Part shown: positions 36,516 to 51,778 of the stretch, piece after piece | How the letters are laid out: each line of letters starts with the position of its first letter | Position numbering within the stretch: the first letter of the stretch is position 1 | Source: Macrostomum lignano | Lineage: Eukaryota | Direction: 5' to 3' | Assembly (NCBI GenBank): GCA_002269645.1 | Contig: NIVC01001199.1 | Location: 62,001 to 126,000, forward strand | Length of the DNA stretch: 64,000 nucleotides | The notes under the pieces: model-generated | What the model was told of the DNA's origin: nothing | What the model saw: the letters and a program-made list of their open reading frames with translations, nothing else | The model's database searches: none | Translations under genes and position numbers: made by a program

Positions 36516-38052
36516 ATCTCAGGATGGGGGGGTGCTTTAGCGCATGGTTTTAGCACCTGCAAGAGTGCTTTGATTTGAATTGGAAATTATGTTGAGAAGT
36601 GATATGCACTGCATTTTCTGATTGTAGATTTTGGCACAGATGCAAGTTGCAACCAAAAGATATGAAAATTTCTAGGAACTTAAGTACTACTCATGGTTAT
36701 ATAGCATATTTTGTATATTTGAAACTAGAGTTCTTAAGAGTACTCAACTTAATATCCAAAAGTAGAATAATCAAACCTATTTTTTAATACTTAAAATCAA
36801 TAAAATTTTATCATATTTATTTATATTTAAATAGTTGATTAAAGTCAAATAGTTTATAAGATTAAGTAACTTATTTGATAATAACTAGTAAATGTATAAA
36901 TATGCATTACTATAATCCAAGAAACAAGAATTAAAATGTAATGTTAATATAAATTTAACAAAATGCATTATTTAATCATCAATTTCCATTACAATGAGTC
37001 CCTAATATACTAAGCACCAGATGTCCCAATACACATCAGATAAGCTCCACATTTATCATTATGACTAGTCTAAGTAATTAGATGAGGGCAAAGAAAACAT
37101 TCTTTTTCATCCTTAGCAGCTTTGAATGTAGTGGTGACCCAATATATAGTCACTCTTGGGATTCCTATTAATTTAGCAATAATGGTAAGCATGTACCTAT
37201 TAAAAAGGCATATAATGATTGCAATATAGCACTTTTGTATGATTAAAATTCTAAAAACTGAATGCTTCATTGTGTTTATTAAAATACTACTCCCTTTATA
37301 TACAAGTTTTGTGTCACTAGCTTATATTTGAAAGTAGCATTATTCATTTAAATTTTGTCTCAAAATTCTATTGGGACACCCAATATATAATTATAATATA
37401 TACCAAGGTCCTATTTGGATCTTTTTATTGACTCTCACAATAGTTGCCAATATACTAATAAATATTTTATTAATTTGATATTCACTATCTATATAGTAAT
37501 ACCCATAAACCATAGTATAAAGAGATGTTTTAGCAATACAATGTGTCCAACAAAAAATAAACTTCAAAATTGACCTAGTATATGACAATGTATGATAGAA
37601 ATAATTATATAGAAATATAATATACTATAATATAGGCCTACTATATAGCTAGTGCAATAATCCTTGGTTTATCAAGTGCAATAATCCTTGGCTTATTAAG
37701 TACAATAATCATTGGTTTATCAAGTAGAATAATCCGTCTTTCTAATTAGTTCAGCAATAAAAGCTTTCAATAAAAAATACATTACTAAGATTTGAACCTC
37801 GGATTGCGCTAGATTTTTTAGTCAATTATTGCACCAGAATGCACTGGTATACAGGGTGTAATACATATCCAACCCCCTTTTGTGCCAAAATTTTCTGTGA
37901 AGAAGGCCATCTTCCTGATTATAATATAGGTACATAGACAATAAATAAAAAACCTACTATATTGCAATCTATTTAAGAATCAAAATTCAACTAGTCAGTT
38001 TTTTCTTTAGCATTTTTACTATGCATTTTTAAGTCAAAAGAGCTACTCGACC

Positions 38053-38628
38053 CAGGATGGAATTCTTGCACAAAAGTTGTTACATGTTTGTATGAGCTTG
38101 TCAAATTCATACGCACTTGCACGCTGAAAAGGAGCCTACTTGCATGCTCTTAAAGAAGGTGTGTGTGCGCTCCATCGTATACGCTTGCAAGGAAGCTGTT
38201 TGCAGCAGAATCACAGACAGGATTTGACTTTTACATGCATTCAACATGGTTATGTGCCATGTAGTGTGTGCGCGCTCAAGTTCTCTTACTTTTCATAGTC
38301 CAGAAGGTTGTTTTTATGCTGGAAAATTTTAAACAAAAGTAAAACAAAGAAAAATAGTTTTTAGCAAAAACAGTTACTTTAAAGTTTAGTGGAACTCTTA
38401 TAATTTTTAAAGAATATTTTCTTCAAAAATTATAATGTTCAAGCTACTTTAAATTTAAAGTACAACTTTTTCATTTACATTGACATAAGAATTGAAAAAC
38501 TAGAAATTTCATTTTTTAGCACATGGGCCCGCCATGATCTGCATTATGACTTTTTTACAGCTAGCGTGCGCACTGCTCCAAAAATGTGCACAGGCATTTT
38601 CTTACCCCGGAGCAAGAATTCTATCCTA
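38053..38628. mobile_element. Possible old non-autonomous DNA transposon (imperfect ~18-bp TIRs)
   Basis: CAGGATGGAATTCTTGC at 38053 versus GCAAGAATTCTATCCTA ending at 38628; no TSD found. Confidence 0.3.
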
Positions 38629-39484
38629 GTGCTTGGCCTTTAAAAAAAGCATGTTTTTTTAATATTTAATCCATTTAGCATTCAGCAATTTTTTAGCCAT
38701 GATGCATAGTACTGTCATGGCAAAATTTCTGATCATATAGTATAAGTACAGTGCAAGTATAGATCATACAATGATCATAATTGATTTAAAAATTATATAG
38801 TATAATGAATTTAAGAACAATTGAGGTCTATTATGTCTATACAAATTAATATCTAGTCTTACTACTTTTACATAGAATATAATATAGATTAGGAAAGCAA
38901 ATGATCCTAGGCTATACTATAAATTAGCTTTAGGTATGATGGGATTATTCTATATTAATCAACTGTTGTCATGCACACCAAGTATGCCAAAATTTTAATG
39001 ACCTTTTTATTATGCATGTCAAATATATACTAGGCCTACTTAGCTACAGGGTGGTCCAAAGATGCAGTGGGGAGACAGGTGTTGCCCAATCAGCTATATA
39101 CGAGGCCTAACATTTAGGCATTATTAAACATGCCAAATGAATGCCATGCCGCAATGTAAAGCTGCAATTGCAACTATAAGATGATCCAATTGGCTTGATT
39201 GACATTTTAAATCTTTGTGCTAATGTTAATATATTCTAAGAAAATAAATTTTCAAAAATCATTCAGAATGTTTTACAAAAAATAACAGTTTTAACTAAAC
39301 TTTTTACTAGACTATAAGTATAACCATGTGCACAATGACAACCACAACCAAAATATAAAACTTCAAAATTCTAAGTTTTGATGCATGCCATCATTCATGC
39401 CTATTTTTACCATTGCCTTGAGAATGCCAATTGCGCCATATTTCTAGCATTGCCTTGAGCACGCCAATTGCGCCATATTTTTTA

Positions 39485-40122
39485 GGCAGTGCTTATTTAG
39501 CCGGCACCGGTCGAATAAGTTCGCTACTATTTAGCCGGCACCGGTCAAATAAGCCCGTCACTATTTAGCCGGCAGTCCTGCCCCACTGCCGGTCAAATAA
39601 GCCCGTCACTATTTAGCCGGCAGTCCTGCCCCACTGCCGGTCAAATAAGCTCGTCACTATTTAGCCGGCAATAAACAAATTTAATGCTACAATTCGTAGC
39701 AACTACGATATAAGGATATAAGGAACTACGATTCGTACGACAGAAACTAAAGTGTCTGTAGAAGTGTCTGAATAAGTGTCGGCGAATGTTTAATATGTCC
39801 TAGTTGTGGGCCCTGGCCATACTGTACATGTATACTGTCTGTAGCACACGAGAGGGCAAGGATCGCTTGGATGAATGGGTTATAGCTTATTAATTTGACC
39901 GGCAGTGGGGCAGGACTGCCGGCTAAATAGTGACGGGCTTATTTGACCGGCAGCAGGACTAGGGCAGGACTGCCGGCTAAATAGTGACGGGCTTATTTGA
40001 CCGGCAGTGGGGCAGGACTGCCGGCTAAATAGTGACGCGCTTATTTGACCGGCAATGGGGCAGGACTGCCGGCTAAATAGTGACGCGCTTATTTGACCGG
40101 TGCCGGCTAAATAAGCACTGCC
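39485..40122. mobile_element. Non-autonomous Mutator/foldback-type DNA transposon, 638 bp, with a 9-bp TSD
   Basis: Perfect TIRs GGCAGTGCTTATTTAGCCGGCACCGGTC...GACCGGTGCCGGCTAAATAAGCACTGCC. Identical 9-bp TSD TATTTTTTA at 39476-39484 and 40123-40131. Arms are built from inverted 48-bp subterminal tandem repeats around a ~210-bp core with no ORF. Confidence 0.88.
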
Positions 40123-42274
40123 TATTTTTTATCATTGATTTGAGCACGCCAAAAAAGCAAGCACGCCAAAAAAATCTGGCGAACCATATGCACGCCAGAA
40201 AATTCCGGCGTATCTGCCGCCTTCCTGACTATGTGGCCTGTTGTATTGTAGCAGGAAGGATTAAATAATTGTAGAATACTTTTAGGCGAATTCGCTTTTA
40301 ACTAGCTGCTTTAAATTTAGAAGTAAGATGAAAAATCTGATCTGTTGCTAACATACTTCCTCTTTTCTTATGAAAAGAATTTCGTTGTTGTCATTCAGTC
40401 ATTCTGGGGATAGGATGATTCGCCTAAAAGCGAAAGCGAATTCGCCTAAAAGTATTCTACAACTATTTAATCCTTCCTGCTTTACCTGCTACAATACAAC
40501 AGCAAACGAAACGATAACGAAAACAATTTTCCTGGAAAAAGGAAAAGTCAAAATAAAGATTAAAATTATTAAAAGTAAAAAACAAATTTGCGATAAACTG
40601 TACCGTTATAAAGTTACAATATTTTTTGAATTCCTTTAATTACTTTTAACCATTAATATTTACATGAAATAGTGTTGAAGTCTAGAATTTTTTAAATATA
40701 AAGAGTTGTATAAATGATTTGAAGATTATTATTGTAAAAAAAACTTGAAATCATCAATCGGTTGCTTCTTCGTTGTGTTGACGATGAATTTTCAATGTTT
40801 TTTTTCTGGCTTGGTTTCCAAAATTTAAAGTCATATTAAATTGTTAGTTTGGAATCATTAACATTGTATAATTAATGACGTAAAACAAATTCATTTCCAC
40901 AAAATTGTCTAATTTATGCGTGCACTTTTGTAGTGTGCCCTTATATACATTGTACTATGCACTAAAAATGAGGTGTCTTTAGATATATATCTACCTTTCT
41001 TTCTCATATACTAATCTTCTGATATCCTAATTGTCCAATAGATATAAATAGAATAATGCATGCGTATCGTCAAGTAGTGTGCAGTCTGAATAAGTGCAGT
41101 GTGTGGTACATGTATTATTTTAGTGGATTACGGTCATAATCAACGTAAATTTGTTTTCGTTGATTACTGGAACTAACATGAAATTACTGTATTTGAAACA
41201 GCAGATTAAAAACTAACAACAGGACAGGGGTCGCTTTCAGAAGCTCGAAATTCCACAACGTCGAAGTTTTGAGCTTTAGGGTATTTCGATCTTACGAAGT
41301 TTTCGAGGTTTTGAAAGGGAGCTCTGTTGTGAAATATCGAGCTTATCCCACGCCCCGGATCTGCAGGTATAATATACAGTAACACTGTAAACTTGCACGT
41401 ACATTTTTATACATGCTCATATAGATTTTTACGGATGAAAATGCGGTCTTATTTATTCCGAGCCTCTAGATCGTGGATGTCCCCGCTGAAACATCAGTGC
41501 AGTATGTGTGGTACACTGTACGGGCATTTACAATTACTGAAATTAACTCAAACTGCATTAGATCTGTTAAACCGAGTTGAACGTAGGGTTAACCTAAAAG
41601 CATGTTTAACATTGAAGATCAAGAAAATCCATTCGATACAATTATGTCTGTCTCGCAATAAAAAGAAGTACTACTGAGATTGAATTAGTGGGAAGTGTCA
41701 GAGTTCAGTGCAGTTTATTATAACTGTATGCCAATATAAACTGTGCAATACGCGCGCCAACTCAATGTATTTGCTTTTTACATTTCTAACTGCAAATAGC
41801 TGCACATTTTTCCTAATAAATAAATCTTAATGCATTATCGATTAGAAATATCTGCAATTAATTACTAATAAATAATCAGTGAATAGACTATTATATGTTA
41901 ACAAGTGCAAGGCCATATAATAAGAAAAACTTTTAAGCTAACCGACAGAGTGAGATGAAGGGGTGTTCAGTTTTAAAAGTACATAATTAATATCGAAATT
42001 AAACTATAATGGGCAGCAGAGGTAGTACAGCTGTAGCTTGCATAGCTCAGAAAGTGCAAGCACAATAGAAGATTATGGACCAGAGCTTGTGGGGAATGCA
42101 ATTTGATTGCTGCTGTACCGTTTAGTGCAAATTTTCCTAGCTTACTACAATCTACACTGTGAAATGATGACATTGTAAATACGAATGATTCATTTTATAA
42201 TTCTGCTGCTATAAATTGTTTGAAGACTTGACAAATCAAACTACATGTAGTGCCCTTCATACAGCCTAATTGGC

Positions 42275-42685
42275 GCCCACTGGCACAGATTTCAGCGCTC
42301 CCTGACACCCACTTTGGCGCCCTCTGACCCCATTTTGGCTCCCTGACGATTTTGGCGCCCCTGACACCGATGTTGGCGCCTCGACGATGTTAGCGCTCGC
42401 TGACACCGAATTTGGCGCCCACTGACACCCCATTTTGGCGCCCTTCGACACCGATTTTGGCGCCCCCCGATACAGACTTTTGGCGTCCCCTGACGCCTCC
42501 ATTTTGGCGCCCCTGACACCCATTTTGGCGCCCCTGACACCAAATTTGGCGCACCCTCACACTCCATTTTGGCGCCCTTCGACACCGATTTTGGCGCCCC
42601 CCCCCCCGATACAGACTTTTGGCGTCCCCGACATAGACTTTGGCGACCCGACGATTTTAGCGCTCTCAGACATCGAATTTGGCGA
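42275..42685. repeat. Degenerate ~20-22-bp repeat (TTTTGGCGCCCCTGACACC)
   Basis: About 18 recurrences of TTGGCGCCC with variable spacers. Confidence 0.8.
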
Positions 42686-42847
42686 GGGTTTAGGGATGAG
42701 TTTAACTTGTCAAAATTCTGTGTCTATCCAATAAGCTAATTTCTGCATGCAAAATCAAAACAAAATCATCTAAAGTACATGTGCACCTTTGCTGAGCGAG
42801 GATAGAGAGAGGATAAATGCTGCGCCGCTGCAGTCGCACCTGTCAGC

Positions 42848-43492
42848 TCAGCCTCGCCAATCGTCCCCATCGATGTCGTCCTCATCGTCGCTGCTGACTT
42901 CGGCGTCGATGAACTCCAGCACGGCTGCCGGGTCGAATGGCTTCAACGAGGAGGCGACTCCGTCCGGTCGTTCTTCGCCGCAGACGCTGTAGTCGGTGAG
43001 CATAGCAACGGTTGCTAGGGGCTCGTCGCCAGGCGCCGGCTGACGAACGGCGAGTCTCCGGTGACGCAGGCGGGCGCAGCAGAGGTAGCCGAGCACCAGC
43101 AGCAGCAGCAGCAGCAGGGCTACAAAAAGGAACACCGATACGAATGCCGCAGTGCTGAGATCGAGAGTCGACGGCAGCAGCGGGATGTCGCAGTTGTAGC
43201 CGGTGTAGCCGCTGGGGCACTCGCAGCTCGGCTGGTCGAGCCGCTCCTCAATCCGGCTGTGCGCCACCGACCATTTCACCGCCACGGTGCAGCGGCCGCC
43301 GTTGGCGCAGTAGATCTGCTCGTGCGGCTCGCATGGCACCTTGCGGAATACAAACGGGCGAAGGTATTCAGCTGGCGGCAGCTGCACCCGGGCTGGCTGG
43401 CGGCCGCAGGCGTCCACAACTAGCGGCGTAGACGCCAGCAACAGCGGCAACAGTGATGGAAGTAGCGACTTGGCGAATGAGTACTGTCGCAT
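42848..43492 (-). CDS. EGF-family type I membrane pro-ligand (TGF-alpha/neuregulin/Spitz-like), single exon, 214 aa
   Basis: Signal-peptide-like N-terminus; one EGF module C-x7-C(ANGGR)C...CEC(PSGYTGYN)C; a 20+ residue TM segment followed by the basic stop-transfer RLRHRR; acidic cytoplasmic tail. Confidence 0.85.
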   Translation of the reverse strand: MRQYSFAKSLLPSLLPLLLASTPLVVDACGRQPARVQLPPAEYLRPFVFRKVPCEPHEQIYCANGGRCTVAVKWSVAHSRIEERLDQPSCECPSGYTGYNCDIPLLPSTLDLSTAAFVSVFLFVALLLLLLLVLGYLCCARLRHRRLAVRQPAPGDEPLATVAMLTDYSVCGEERPDGVASSLKPFDPAAVLEFIDAEVSSDDEDDIDGDDWRG

Positions 43493-44374
43493 GTCGCTCT
43501 GCCGCTGCTGCTGTCGCTGCCACCGCCGCTGCCACCGCCGCTGCCGCCGCCGCAGCCGCAGCTGCCGCCGTCACGAAAAAGTAGATATCGTGACTACTGC
43601 AGCATAACTATACTGATGATTGTGTGACGCGGCAAATTTTGCTAGCACTCTATGCTGCCTTAATATTGTTGCAATTTGCTAATTATTGGCATTGGATTTG
43701 CTAGAACTTCAACTTCAACTGCTCGGAAGAGAAACAAAACATATCGGTAGCAGGTATTATACAGCTGATGATGGGAAGGCGAGGGGAATCTATTGGATGC
43801 GGGAAAACGGTGGTTTTTTTCTGTTGCAGACAGCCACGCAGCAGGGCAGCAAGTGTTGGAAATGGGAGGTCGGCTTGGCTTCCCCGTATTTTAGGGCCAA
43901 AGTTGGCCCCACCTCCACCCAGGGTGCGCTGGCCCGCTGCAATCTCTCTCTTCCCTACCCCACCCACCCTATGCAGCCATGAAGAATAGACGAGAAAGGC
44001 CTACTTACTGCCGCGCCAACCCCCCCCCCCCACTGCTGGCATAGGCCGATTGCGTACATGGCCTGAATCGCCCCCACCCAAGCAGCTGGGCTCCGTATGG
44101 TACGCACACACACACACACACATACACTGGAGCTGTAACGCCCTTCACATTCACCATTCTACGGCTTCACACAACGGCTGGGCTGGGGTGGGGAGAGAAG
44201 GGATTGAAGTGGGCGAGATAGAGGGGCAGAGAGCCGATAAAGGGAAGGGATTAATTTAAGAACTAAACGTGGAATAAAGGCTTATTGACGTCGATGTTGC
44301 TCCTTGGGTTTGGAGGTTTGGCAGTTGACTACAGATTGCTGTTTGTGTGTTAGAGTCGGGGATGAAGGGAGACG

Positions 44375-44527
44375 AAGGGAGACTCAAGAGAGACACCAGT
44401 GAGATGAAGGGATCACTGAAATGAAGGGAAGAGAGGGAGACTCAAGAGAGATACCAGTGAGATGAAGGGATTACTGAAATGAAGGGAAGAGAGGGAGACT
44501 CAATTGAGACACCAGTGAGATGAAGGA
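44375..44527. repeat. 58-bp purine-rich tandem repeat, about 2.6 copies
   Basis: GACTC at 44381, 44439 and 44497. Confidence 0.85.
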
Positions 44528-44953
44528 AAACTCAGAAGCAACCACAAGATTGGAATGGTAGGAGATTCAGCTGGGGAAGTGAGAAGTGCGAGCCTAAACG
44601 AGTTCGCAAGCCCACTTGCCCCGAGAGTCCCGTTATCTACACAAATATTCGCCCACGAAGTCCCCCAAACTCCGTGCATAGCTGGCCTTTTCCTGCGCGT
44701 TATACTCGCAGCTATTTTTGGGCAAATATTGTTTGTTCCACAAGTCGCCAAATTAGTAGAACAATATCAGCCTTACGTCCACCACATGCATGCAGGCTTA
44801 TCACTCAGAGCGTGAAAATGAGCAGACTTTGGACTAAATCTTTTACGTGCTCACTGTCTAATACGCCCTCGTATCTGAAACACAGAAATACTAATGCAGC
44901 ACGATAACTCTATTAATATGACATCACAAAGGCTATTATAGTAGATAAATGGG

Positions 44954-47192
<2,239 letters not shown>

Positions 47193-47669
47193 AGGTAGCA
47201 GCTGAAAGCAGAACCGCATTCTTCGCAGCGATTTCCCATGAAGCCAGTGGCCGAGAGTGCGGTCTCTCCAGTCTGCAGTTTCTCGATTAATTATTTTTGC
47301 GTGTATCAAACATTTTCTTGTTGCTCGCGTGGCTGCATGCACAGACTATACTAGCTGTATTCGCAGCCTGTAAGCAAGGGTTATTGTGTACACTTGCAAG
47401 GAACCTATACAGCCTTGTTCGAGTCAAACCGTGCTATGCATGTAATAAAGACGCCCAACCGCTGTGTGAATAGCAAGGCCAATTCCAGATCAAGTTGCAA
47501 TTCAAGGCTTAGAGCCCCTTGTGTAGCGGCATTGAAATGCGAAGGCGGCTAGCTGTGCGCAATACAGAACAACGACCTCTGCCATTTTTGGAACCACCAT
47601 TATGCCACCCAGTTTATTTTACATTGTTAGAATAGGGATGCTGATTGCTGATGATATTTGTAGCTAGGA

Positions 47670-50362
47670 GATTTTAGTGGTGTCTCATCCCCAATACGAG
47701 ACTGCATGGGATTTTAGTGGTGTCTCATCCCCAATATGAGACTGCATGGGATTTTAGTGGTGTCTCATCCCCAATATGAGACTGCATGGGATTTCAGTGG
47801 TGTCTCATCCCCAATATAAGACTGCATGGGATTTTAGTGGTGTCTCATCCCCAATATGAAACTGCATGGGATTTTAGTGGTGTCTCATCCCCAATATGAG
47901 ACTCCATGGGATTTTAGTGGTGTCTCATCCCCAATATGAAACTGCATGGGATTTTAGTGGTGTCTGATCCCCAATATGAGACTGCATGGGATTTTAGTGG
48001 TGTCTCATCCCCAATATGAGACTGCATGGGATTTTAGTGGTGTCTCATCCCCAACATAATACTGCATGGGATTTTAGTGGTGTCTCATCCCCAATATGAG
48101 ACTGCATGGGATTTTAGTGGTGTCTCATCCCCAATACGAGACTGCATGGGATTTTAGTGGTGTCTCATCCCCAATACGAGACTGCATGGGATTTTAGTGG
48201 TGTCTCATCCCCAATATGAGACTGCATGGGATTTTAGTGGTGTCTCATCCCCAATATGAGACTGCATGGGATTTTAGTGGTGTCTCATCCCTAATATGAG
48301 ACTGCATGGGATTTTAGTGGTGTCTCATCCCTAATATGAGACTGCATGGGATTTTAGTGGTGTCTGATCCCCAATATGAGACTGCATGGGATTTTAGTGG
48401 TGTCTCGTCCCTAATATGAGACTGCATGGGATTTTAGTGGTGTCTGATCCCCAATATGAGACTGCATGGGATTTTAGTGGTGTCTCATCCCCAACATAAT
48501 ACTGCATGGGATTTTAGTGGTGTCTCATCCCCAATATGAGACTGCATGGGATTTTAGTGGTGTCTCATCCCCAATACGAGACTGCATGGGATTTTAGTGG
48601 TGTCTCATCCCCAATACGAGACTGCATGGGATTTTAGTGGTGTCTCATCCCCAATATGAGACTGCATGGGATTTTAGTGGTGTCTCATCCCTAATATGAG
48701 ACTGCATGGGATTTTAGTGGTGTCTCATCCCTAATATGAGACTGCATGGGATTTTAGTGGTGTCTGACACCAAATATGAGACTGCATGGGATTTTAGTGG
48801 TGTCTCGTCCCTAATATGAGACTGCATGGGATTTTAGTGGTGTCTGATCCCCAATATGAGACTGCATGGGATTTTAGTGGTGTCTCGATCATCCCCAATA
48901 TGAGACTGCATGGGATTTTAGTGGTGTCTCATCCCCAATATGAGACTGCATGGGATTTTAGTGGTGTCTCATCCCCAATATGAGACTGCATGGGATTTTA
49001 GTGGTGTCTCATCCCCAATATGAGACTGCATGGGATTTTAGTGGTGTCTCATCCCCAATATAAGACTGCATAGGATTTTAGTGGTGTCTCATCCCCAATA
49101 TGAGACTGCATGGGATTTTAGTGGTGTCTCATATGATATGAGACAGCATGGGATTTTAGTGGTGTCTCATCCCCAATATGAGACTGCATGGGATTTTAGT
49201 GGTTTCTCATCCCCAATACGAGACTGCATGGGATTTTAGTGGTGTCTCATCCCCAATATGAGACTGCATGGGATTTTAGTGGCGTCTCATCCCCAATACG
49301 AGACTCCATGGGATTTTAGTGGTGTCTCATCCCCAATATGAGACTCCATGGGATTTTAGTGGTGTCTCATCCCCAATATGAGACTGCATGGGATTTTAGT
49401 GGTGTCTCATCCCCAATATGAGACTGCATGGGATTTTAGTGGTGTCTCATCCCCAATATGAGACTGCATGGGATTTTAGTGGTGTCTCATCCCCAATACG
49501 AGACTGCATGGGATTTTAGTGGTGTCTCATCCCCAATACGAGACTGCATGGGATTTTAGTGGTGTCTCATCCCCAATATGAGACTGCATGGGATTTTAGT
49601 GGTGTCTCATCCCCAATATGAGACTGCATGGGATTTTAGTGGTGTCTCATCCCCAATATGAGACTGCATGGGATTTTAGTGGTGTCTCGATCATCCCCAA
49701 TATGAGACTGCATGGGATTTTAGTGGTGTCTCGATCATCCCCAATATGAGACTGCATGGGATTTTAGTGGTGTCTCGATCATCCCCAATATGAGACTGCA
49801 TGGGATTTTAGTGGTGTCTCGATCATCCCCAATATGAGACTGCATGGGATTTTAGTGGTGTCTCGATCATCCCCAATATGAGACTGCATGGGATTTTAGT
49901 GGTATCTCGATCATCTCCAATATGAGACTGCATGGGATTTTAGTGGTGTCTCGATCATCCCCAATATGAGACTGCATGGGATTTTAGTGGTGTCTCGATC
50001 ATCCCCAATATGAGACTGCATGGGATTTTAGTGGTGTCTCATCCCCAATATGAGACTGCATGGGATTTTAGTGGTGTCTCATCCCCAATATGAGACTGCA
50101 TGGGATTTTAGTGGTGTCTCATCCCCAATACGAGACTGCATGGGATTTTAGTGGTGTCTCATCCCCAATACGAGACTGCATGGGATTTTAGTGGTGTCTC
50201 ATCCCCAATATGAGACTGCATGGGATTTTAGTGGTGTCTCATCCCCAATATGAGACTGCATGGGATTTTAGTGGTGTCTCGATCATCCCCAATATGAGAC
50301 TGCATGGGATTTTAGTGGTGTCTCATCCCCAATATGAGACTGCATGGGATTTTAGTGGTGTT
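47670..50362 (+). repeat. 40-bp satellite (GAGACTGCATGGGATTTTAGTGGTGTCTCATCCCCAATAT), about 66 copies, some with a 4-bp insertion
   Basis: Period of 40 read directly. Confidence 0.98.
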
Positions 50363-50889
50363 AGTACGAGACTAGGATTTCAGGCATTTGAATACCCAGC
50401 AGTGCAGTTTATAAATCAGGAAAGTTCTCTCAAAACATTCGTTTTCCAGTTTTATTGTATTTTTGTCATTGCAGCGAATCCAGAGCTGCAGCCACACGCA
50501 TGCGGGTAGCCCAGAATCTGGACGGGAAATTCAGTTGCACAGGAAGAGAGGAAAACTTGATACAGAGAAATCCAATTCCATGCATTGAGAGTTTCGGTAT
50601 GCTTGAAGATAAAAGGCATATACACATATGTATACTTTGTTTAAACATTATTTTGTCCTGGTTGTAGTCCAATATGCAGGAGATACACTTTATAGCTTAA
50701 ATATCACATACCTCAGTTAGAGACGGACAACTCACTTTTAGTGTATGGGACTGCGTACCGTAATGCATTAAATGATTTTTAGGGAACTACCGCAGGCTCG
50801 AGACACTATACATGTAATATAATACCAACCCTGGAGATCCAGGCCCCGCGAATCGAATCGTATGTACGCAACTGGCTGAGCCAAATCAA

Positions 50890-51213
50890 ATGGCACCCCG
50901 ATACCGAATGCTATTAGCGGTTCAAGTTGAAGACTTCATTTTGCTCGGCTTCGTCTGCCAGTTCGTGGAGCCGCCTACCGCCACCAAGTCGGCTGGCTAC
51001 TGGACTCCGGCTGAGCTCACGAGAACCCGGAGCGACACGTACTACTGCTGCGATGAGCTGCAGCCAGTGGCCTCGCTGCAGGCCTGCCTGGTCAGAGCCT
51101 CCCTGTGTGGCAGCAGGTGCCGCAGCGCTCTGTACAACAGCCGGCTGGCCGCCTGCCGCCTGCTGCAGTTCGCCGACATCGAGAGCAGCCCGAACTGGGT
51201 CAAGCTGGTTTAG
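50890..51213 (+). CDS. Small Cys-rich protein with a PAN/apple-like module (may be one exon of a larger gene)
   Basis: Hydrophobic N-terminal stretch, then CCDELQPVASLQACLVRASLCGSRCRSALYNSRLAACRLL, fitting the PAN pattern SLxxC...C.S..Y......C.L. GC-rich, coding-like composition. Start and end are uncertain. Confidence 0.5.
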   Translation: MAPRYRMLLAVQVEDFILLGFVCQFVEPPTATKSAGYWTPAELTRTRSDTYYCCDELQPVASLQACLVRASLCGSRCRSALYNSRLAACRLLQFADIESSPNWVKLV

Positions 51214-51778
51214 GGTCTGAGTGGGTCAAGCTGGTTCAGAGTCTGAGTGGGTCAAGCTGGTTCAGGGTCTGAGTGGGTCAAGCTGGTTCAGGGGCTGAGT
51301 GGGTCAAGCTGGTTTAGGGTCTTGAGTGGGTCAAGCTGGTCAGGGTCTGAGTGGGTCAAGCTGATTCAGGGTCTGAGTGGGTCAAGCTGGTTCAGGGGCT
51401 GAGTGGGTCAAGCTGGTTTAGGGTCTTGAGTGGGTCAAGCTGGTCAGGGTCTGAGTGGGTCAAGCTGGTTCAGGGTCTGAGTGGGTCAAGCTGGTTCACG
51501 GGCTGAGTGGGTCAAGCTGGTTCAGGGGCTGAGTGGGTCAAACTGGTCAGGGTCTGAGTGGGTCAAGCTGGTCAGGGTCTGAGTGGGTCAAGCTGGTCAG
51601 GGTCTGAGTGGGTCAAGCTGGTCGGGGGCTGAGTGGGTCAAGCTGGTCGGGGGCTGAGTGGGTCAAGCTGGTCGGGGGCTGAGTGGGTCAAGCTGGTCAG
51701 GGGCTGAGTGGGTCAAACTGGTCACGGGCTGAGTGGGTCAAACTGGTCACGGGCTGAGTGGGTCAAGCTGGTCGGGGG
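51195..51778. repeat. 26-bp minisatellite (CTGAGTGGGTCAAGCTGGTTCAGGGT) beginning inside the end of the PAN-like ORF
   Basis: Period about 25-27 (GTCTGAG at 51241 and 51267). Confidence 0.94.
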
